A stretch of 64,000 nucleotides of DNA from a virus. Location: the IMG/VR virus record IMGVR_UViG_3300032047_000003, positions 47,568 through 111,567 of that record; one strand, given 5' to 3'. The position numbers and the translations under genes are program-made. This document shows, piece by piece, positions 60,481 to 64,000 of the stretch (positions are counted from its first letter, which is position 1; every line of letters starts with the position of its first letter). The notes under the pieces are model-generated. The model did not search any database and had not been told where the DNA came from. It saw only the letters and a list, made by a program, of their open reading frames with translations.

Positions 60481-60807
60481 TTATTGGCTATTTGAGGTGC
60501 GCGGGAAATCGCCTATATAGAAAAAATATATTTTTAAAAAAATTTTGCTATAAGCAATTTTTAAAAAGTTGAAAAATATTTTCAAAATCAAAATTAAAAG
60601 CATGGGGAAGGAAAATGCGAAACTTAAAAGCCAAAAGGAAAGTGAAATATATGTTGGATATAGGGTAGGTATTATATATGTTTTATTTTGCATAGTGGTA
60701 GTTGCGTGCCTACCGGGGTTTACCTGAGTCTTTTTTATTTTGCTTTAGTGGAGCGTGGCGTGCCAGGGGAAACTCGAACAGTCACTAACTTAGTCGTGGA
60801 GGTAAAC

Positions 60808-61158
60808 ATGACAAAACTTGAAAAGCTACGTAATCAGTCCTTGTACTGGTTGCGAAAGGTTTGGTGGAGAGTGACGATGCCGGTGCGTCGTGTGCTTGAC
60901 ACTAGATCTTGTCTGATCACAATTAATTCTATCTACGATGGAATTGATTGGGATCGGGAACCTACTCGCGAAGAGTATTGGTACATTGCATTGGAAATTG
61001 ATGGGATCTGCGATTCCATGATACTCCAATGGGATGTTGACTTTACTCAAAACGAGAAGGTATGCAAGATCTATGAATTCCTCGGAATTCACGCAAATCT
61101 ACATGATGGCTTTACTTGGGCAGAAGCACTTCATGTGTTTGAAACTGCATACGAGTAA
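60808..61158 (+). CDS. Hypothetical early protein, 116 aa, Trp-rich
   Basis: Start moved from 60688 to ATG 60808 behind GGAGGT (MTKLEKLRNQ...). Confidence 0.75.
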   Translation: MTKLEKLRNQSLYWLRKVWWRVTMPVRRVLDTRSCLITINSIYDGIDWDREPTREEYWYIALEIDGICDSMILQWDVDFTQNEKVCKIYEFLGIHANLHDGFTWAEALHVFETAYE

Positions 61159-61175
61159 AGTCAAGTGACAGTAGG

Positions 61176-61206
61176 AAAGGCACACTTCGGTGTGTCTTTT
61201 TTATTT
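61176..61206 (+). terminator. Intrinsic terminator with a cUUCGg loop
   Basis: AAAGGCACAC-TTCG-GTGTGTCTTTTTTATTT. Confidence 0.85.
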
Positions 61207-61276
61207 ATTGCTTTAGTGGAGGTGGCGCGCCAGGGGAAACTCGAACAGTCTATCAACACAGTCATGGAGGTTAATC

Positions 61277-61534
61277 ATGGCAAAATTCATTGAGACGTTA
61301 ATAGTAGTATGGCAACAGGCACCCTTACTCTACCTAGTAGTAGTATGGGCAGTAGCAGCAGCAATGTTGTGTGATCGCGTTAGCACAAAGAGATTCATCG
61401 CTGGTAATACAGCAATGGTGCTCGGAGTGCTAGCCTATTGGGGGCCTATTGTAGATCCCCAGTTCGCTTGGATTTACATTGCTCTATGCGGTGCACCTTG
61501 TTTGGTAGCAGCCGTAATAGCTTGTAAGGAATAA
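61277..61534 (+). CDS. Small membrane protein, about 3 TM segments
   Basis: 85 aa, GGAGGT RBS, three hydrophobic stretches. Confidence 0.75.
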   Translation: MAKFIETLIVVWQQAPLLYLVVVWAVAAAMLCDRVSTKRFIAGNTAMVLGVLAYWGPIVDPQFAWIYIALCGAPCLVAAVIACKE

Positions 61535-61553
61535 ACTACTATTGTCGTATGAA

Positions 61554-61592
61554 AGGTGCTCGGAGTGTATACTCTGAGCATCTTTTTTATTT
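61554..61592 (+). terminator. Intrinsic terminator
   Basis: AGGTGCTCGGAGT-GTAT-ACTCTGAGCATCT followed by TTTTTATTT. Confidence 0.85.
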
Positions 61593-61603
61593 AACACTTT
61601 AGT

Positions 61604-61730
61604 GGATATCTATGCTTCAAGAATAAGCAATGGATTTCCATGCATGTAATTGTGTTTTTAAGACAGCTTATCTCTATAAGCTCGTGGACTTAGACTACAA
61701 ACGCCTGCAGAAATGCAGGTCTTTTTTCTT
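61604..61730 (+). ncRNA. Candidate small non-coding RNA occupying one cassette
   Basis: Starts at the motif GG and ends at a GAAA-loop terminator. No RBS seen; internal hairpins ATGG-ATTT-CCAT and AGCTTAT-CTCT-ATAAGCT. Confidence 0.4.
61703..61730 (+). terminator. Intrinsic terminator with a GAAA loop
   Basis: GCCTGCA-GAAA-TGCAGGT then CTTTTTTCTT. Confidence 0.8.
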
Positions 61731-61819
61731 CCTTACTTCAATAGTTCTTTTTTTTATTTTGTTTCAATGGAAAGTGGGCTGCCAGAAAGACCGCATCAAC
61801 TTAGTCATGGAGGTAAATC

Positions 61820-62146
61820 ATGGCAAAACTAAATAAAGAAAGAAGAGAGCGTTATGCTCTTTTGTCTAATATAATCACAGTGCTAGCGATAGCATGGTGG
61901 TTCATTGCAACTCTTGGACTTTCGACCTGTGTGGGTTGGACACTGTGCTACATTGTAGGAGTGTTCTTCCTGACAGCTGCGTCAGAAAGTGCTGTGCCTA
62001 TTGGCATAGATGGAGTGTTGGGAAGATACTTGTCTATATTCTTTTGGTACGGTATCATTACCGGCTGGATATGGGTAGCAGTATTTAACTTTGACAATAT
62101 CTGTAAAGATACAATGAGTTGGATAAAAGATGTATTAATGATCTAA
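61820..62146 (+). CDS. Small membrane protein, about 3 TM segments
   Basis: 108 aa, GGAGGT RBS, basic N-terminus then hydrophobic helices. Confidence 0.75.
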   Translation: MAKLNKERRERYALLSNIITVLAIAWWFIATLGLSTCVGWTLCYIVGVFFLTAASESAVPIGIDGVLGRYLSIFFWYGIITGWIWVAVFNFDNICKDTMSWIKDVLMI

Positions 62147-62170
62147 CTCTCTCTTCCTTCGAAAAGATTT

Positions 62171-62215
62171 CCCTATGGATTGCTATTGTAGTTCATAGGG
62201 TCTTTTTTGTTTTTT
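62171..62215 (+). terminator. Intrinsic terminator
   Basis: CCCTATGGATTGC-TATT-GTAGTTCATAGGG then TCTTTTTTGTTTTTT. Confidence 0.8.
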
Positions 62216-62270
62216 ATTTTAGTGGAGTTAGCGCAGTGCAAGACTCCAAAACAATAAACCAGGTAAAACA

Positions 62271-62546
62271 ATGAACCTTGTTAAAGAAATCTATACACAC
62301 ATTGATGTGTTCTACAAATTCAACCTTTCTTGTCTGGCCCTTATGTGGCCAGCAATATGGCTGATACAGGAACTAGCGCTCGATATGGCGATGGAAGCTG
62401 TGCTTTTCGGAGCGGGTATCGCTGGAGGCGCCAGTGTGCTGATCTTTGTAGGACTGTCAATAATGTGTGTTGTTGACACTTATAGAAGCTACAGAGCCCA
62501 AAAGAGTTTTGAAGAAGAATACCCATCCCTCAAGGATTGGTGTTAA
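62271..62546 (+). CDS. Small membrane protein, about 2 TM segments
   Basis: 91 aa, AGGT RBS, hydrophobic AVLFGAGIAGGASVLIFVGLSIMCVV. Confidence 0.72.
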   Translation: MNLVKEIYTHIDVFYKFNLSCLALMWPAIWLIQELALDMAMEAVLFGAGIAGGASVLIFVGLSIMCVVDTYRSYRAQKSFEEEYPSLKDWC

Positions 62547-62576
62547 GCTTTCGGTTTGTAGCTTGTAGAAAGTACT

Positions 62577-62609
62577 GAGATCACGATTAATTCGTGATCT
62601 TTTTATTTT
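62577..62609 (+). terminator. Intrinsic terminator
   Basis: GAGATCACGA-TTAAT-TCGTGATCTT then TTTATTTT. Confidence 0.8.
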
Positions 62610-62650
62610 CCTTTAACGGTAATTCTGCCAAAAAACATTCGAGGTGACAC

Positions 62651-62950
62651 ATGGCTAATTGTCTATGTGGGTCCTGGAGAAGAACTTCTTTTGGTTCGGT
62701 TTGTCGTCAGTGCGGCAAACACAAACAGAAGAAGAGGACCAAAAAGTCTTCTCAAGGAAAGTCTTTTGATGCAATTCTGCATCAAATACAGTCCGAGTAC
62801 AATAGTACTGATGGTGATCCAAAAGAGCACTGTCAGGTACTGTCGTACGAAATCGTTAACGGTGAATACGTCGTAACGGCAATTCAATACGATAGCGAGG
62901 CTGCTAGAAACGGGAGATTCCCCAAGTCAATTACGACTTGGAAGTACTAA
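62651..62950 (+). CDS. Small Zn-ribbon-like basic protein
   Basis: 99 aa, GAGGTG RBS, CLC...CRQC followed by KHKQKKRTKK. Confidence 0.7.
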   Translation: MANCLCGSWRRTSFGSVCRQCGKHKQKKRTKKSSQGKSFDAILHQIQSEYNSTDGDPKEHCQVLSYEIVNGEYVVTAIQYDSEAARNGRFPKSITTWKY

Positions 62951-62962
62951 AAAAGTGTAATT

Positions 62963-62995
62963 CCTAGACGAAAGTCTAGGTTTCTTTTTTATTTT
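62963..62995 (+). terminator. Intrinsic terminator with a GAAA loop
   Basis: CCTAGAC-GAAA-GTCTAGG then TTTCTTTTTTATTTT. Confidence 0.85.
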
Positions 62996-63074
62996 CTCTT
63001 CTTTTTTCTTAGATGGCGGTAACTGCCTGTGGGAAACCCGAAGTGTACAATCAATCCAGCTGTGGAGGTAAATC

Positions 63075-63467
63075 ATGGCAAAACTAACTCAATTACTTAT
63101 GGCAGTCATAGCGATTGCTTTATTATCATGTCTCGTTCGTGAAAGCGCAGAAGCAAACGAAAACTTTTGGTGGGATATCTACGTCTGTGAAGAAGAAGCT
63201 TCATCTTGGGAGGGACCAATTCCTAATGCAGAATACCGATGTACAAAGAAAGACGCTTTGTACAATTGGAGTCACTGCTATATCGAATTTTCGGAGAACA
63301 AAACATGGTTTGTTGGCGATCTTTTAGATCGTCGTTACTTTGATCGGTATCACGAATTTGAAACAACAAAAACTTATTTCGCAATTACGCAAAATAAGAA
63401 TAGTCTTCATAATTGGTATCGTCATATCTTAGTAAAAGATGCTGTAAAGGCGTGTCGTCATAAGTAA
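63075..63467 (+). CDS. Exported protein or lipoprotein
   Basis: 130 aa, GGAGGT RBS. Signal-like MAKLTQLLMAVIAIALLSC (possible lipobox) or AEA cleavage site; four further Cys residues. Confidence 0.7.
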   Translation: MAKLTQLLMAVIAIALLSCLVRESAEANENFWWDIYVCEEEASSWEGPIPNAEYRCTKKDALYNWSHCYIEFSENKTWFVGDLLDRRYFDRYHEFETTKTYFAITQNKNSLHNWYRHILVKDAVKACRHK

Positions 63468-63480
63468 TAGTAACAACGGA

Positions 63481-63527
63481 AAGGTGCAGAGAGCTCGCAG
63501 GGCTGCATCTTAATCTTTTTTTTATTT
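63481..63527 (+). terminator. Probable intrinsic terminator
   Basis: Arms AAGGTGCAG and CTGCATCTT around a 13 nt loop, then AATCTTTTTTTTATTT. Confidence 0.65.
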
Positions 63528-63621
63528 CCCTTTAATGGTACCTTGGCCTTTGGGACAGGTGTGCAAGTGTCGAATGATCGGGGCGAGGGCTGTGGTGGCC
63601 TTTAACGCATGGGGGTATATC

Positions 63622-64000
63622 ATGTCTGAAGAAACCAAAAAACAAGAAACAAGAAAGATCACAACCGATGATGCGAAGGCATTGCGATTGGTATTGAACC
63701 GATTCTTAGTGTTACAAGAAATTCCATCCAATTGGCAATTTGTTGAAACTCATAAGGAAGGGGAAACAACCTGGGTTATATCTGAAACGTTTATGACAAC
63801 CTTTGAGGACTTGATCGCAGATGCCAAAAAAGCATTGAAATCAATCAAGGAACAAGGTAAAGTCAAAGGTAAGCAGCTTGCAAGAGTTGTCCTTGCTAAG
63901 TGTCCAAAGAGCACAAAGCGAAACGGGAAGCCATTCGGTATGTGTTTCATTGTGACCAAAGAACATCTTACGTTACCACGTTTTGATGGATTTCGACAAA
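63622..64000 (+). CDS. Partial hypothetical protein (MSEETKKQETRKITTDDAKALRLVLNRF...)
   Basis: Not in the ORF track because it is truncated. GGGGGT RBS, ATG 63622, open to the window end. Confidence 0.75.
   Translation, partial: MSEETKKQETRKITTDDAKALRLVLNRFLVLQEIPSNWQFVETHKEGETTWVISETFMTTFEDLIADAKKALKSIKEQGKVKGKQLARVVLAKCPKSTKRNGKPFGMCFIVTKEHLTLPRFDGFRQ

Larger units (their letters stand above)
60740..61250 (+). repeat. ~44 bp direct repeat, copies at 60740-60783 and 61208-61250
   Basis: TTGCTTTAGTGGAG(C)GTGGCG(T/C)GCCAGGGGAAACTCGAACAGTC; the copies differ by one indel and one substitution. Confidence 0.9.
60681..63538 (+). promoter_or_regulatory. Nine copies of a T-tract plus YTTTARYGG-like motif, candidate phage-specific early promoter
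   Basis: GCATAGTGG 60690, CTTTAGTGG 60743, 61211 and 61597, TTTCAATGG 61762, TTTTAGTGG 62217, CTTTAACGG 62611, CTTAGATGG 63008, CTTTAATGG 63530. Each follows a TTTTATTT-containing tract. Confidence 0.6.

Noticed and set aside
60481-60807. 70 aa minus-strand ORF at 60481-60693 and the 40-codon N-terminal extension of the 156 aa ORF
   Set aside because: Both cross the AT-rich switch region or the motif/leader sequence and lack an RBS; ATG 60808 has a strong GGAGGT.
61604-61730. tRNA
   Set aside because: It has several hairpins but no acceptor stem, T-loop GTTC motif or CCA end that I could identify.
61630-61836. 68 aa ORF MDFHAC...
   Set aside because: No Shine-Dalgarno, and it runs through a strong terminator, a T-tract and the next leader.
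60681-63621. Repeats read as a CRISPR array or integron attC sites
   Set aside because: The repeats are degenerate, spaced by whole genes, and include the RBS and start codon. There are no constant-length spacers, no clear RYYYAAC...GTTRRRY boundaries, and no cas or integrase gene in the window.

Overview
This window is a fragment of a large tailed dsDNA phage genome (contractile-tail myovirus, AT-rich, standard genetic code). Positions 1-60431 form one minus-strand morphogenesis operon headed by a near-consensus sigma70-type promoter. In transcription order it encodes: a probable small terminase, a DEDDh exonuclease plus SNase nuclease fusion, Gly-rich putative internal virion proteins, large terminase, portal, prohead protease/scaffold, head decoration, major capsid, neck and tail-completion proteins, sheath, three tube-like paralogs, two chaperone paralogs, three very large proteins (1412, ~2054 and 3991 aa) and the baseplate genes. 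The main observation is that the ~2054 aa protein between the tape-measure-like gene and the hub/M23 gene carries four collinear motifs of two-barrel RNA polymerases (KxxxxxxKG, FRxxLxGK, SRxP, GDFDGD), which suggests a single-chain virion RNA polymerase encoded in the tail module. After a strand switch near 60.5 kb, small plus-strand genes sit in repeated units of hairpin, T-tract and a YTTTARYGG-like motif (9 copies, no sigma70 boxes seen). One unit has no plausible ORF and may be a small RNA. My inference is that an injected phage RNA polymerase transcribes this cassette array from its own promoter motif, while host RNA polymerase transcribes the structural operon. All product calls come from motifs read by eye and from gene order; no database searches were run.
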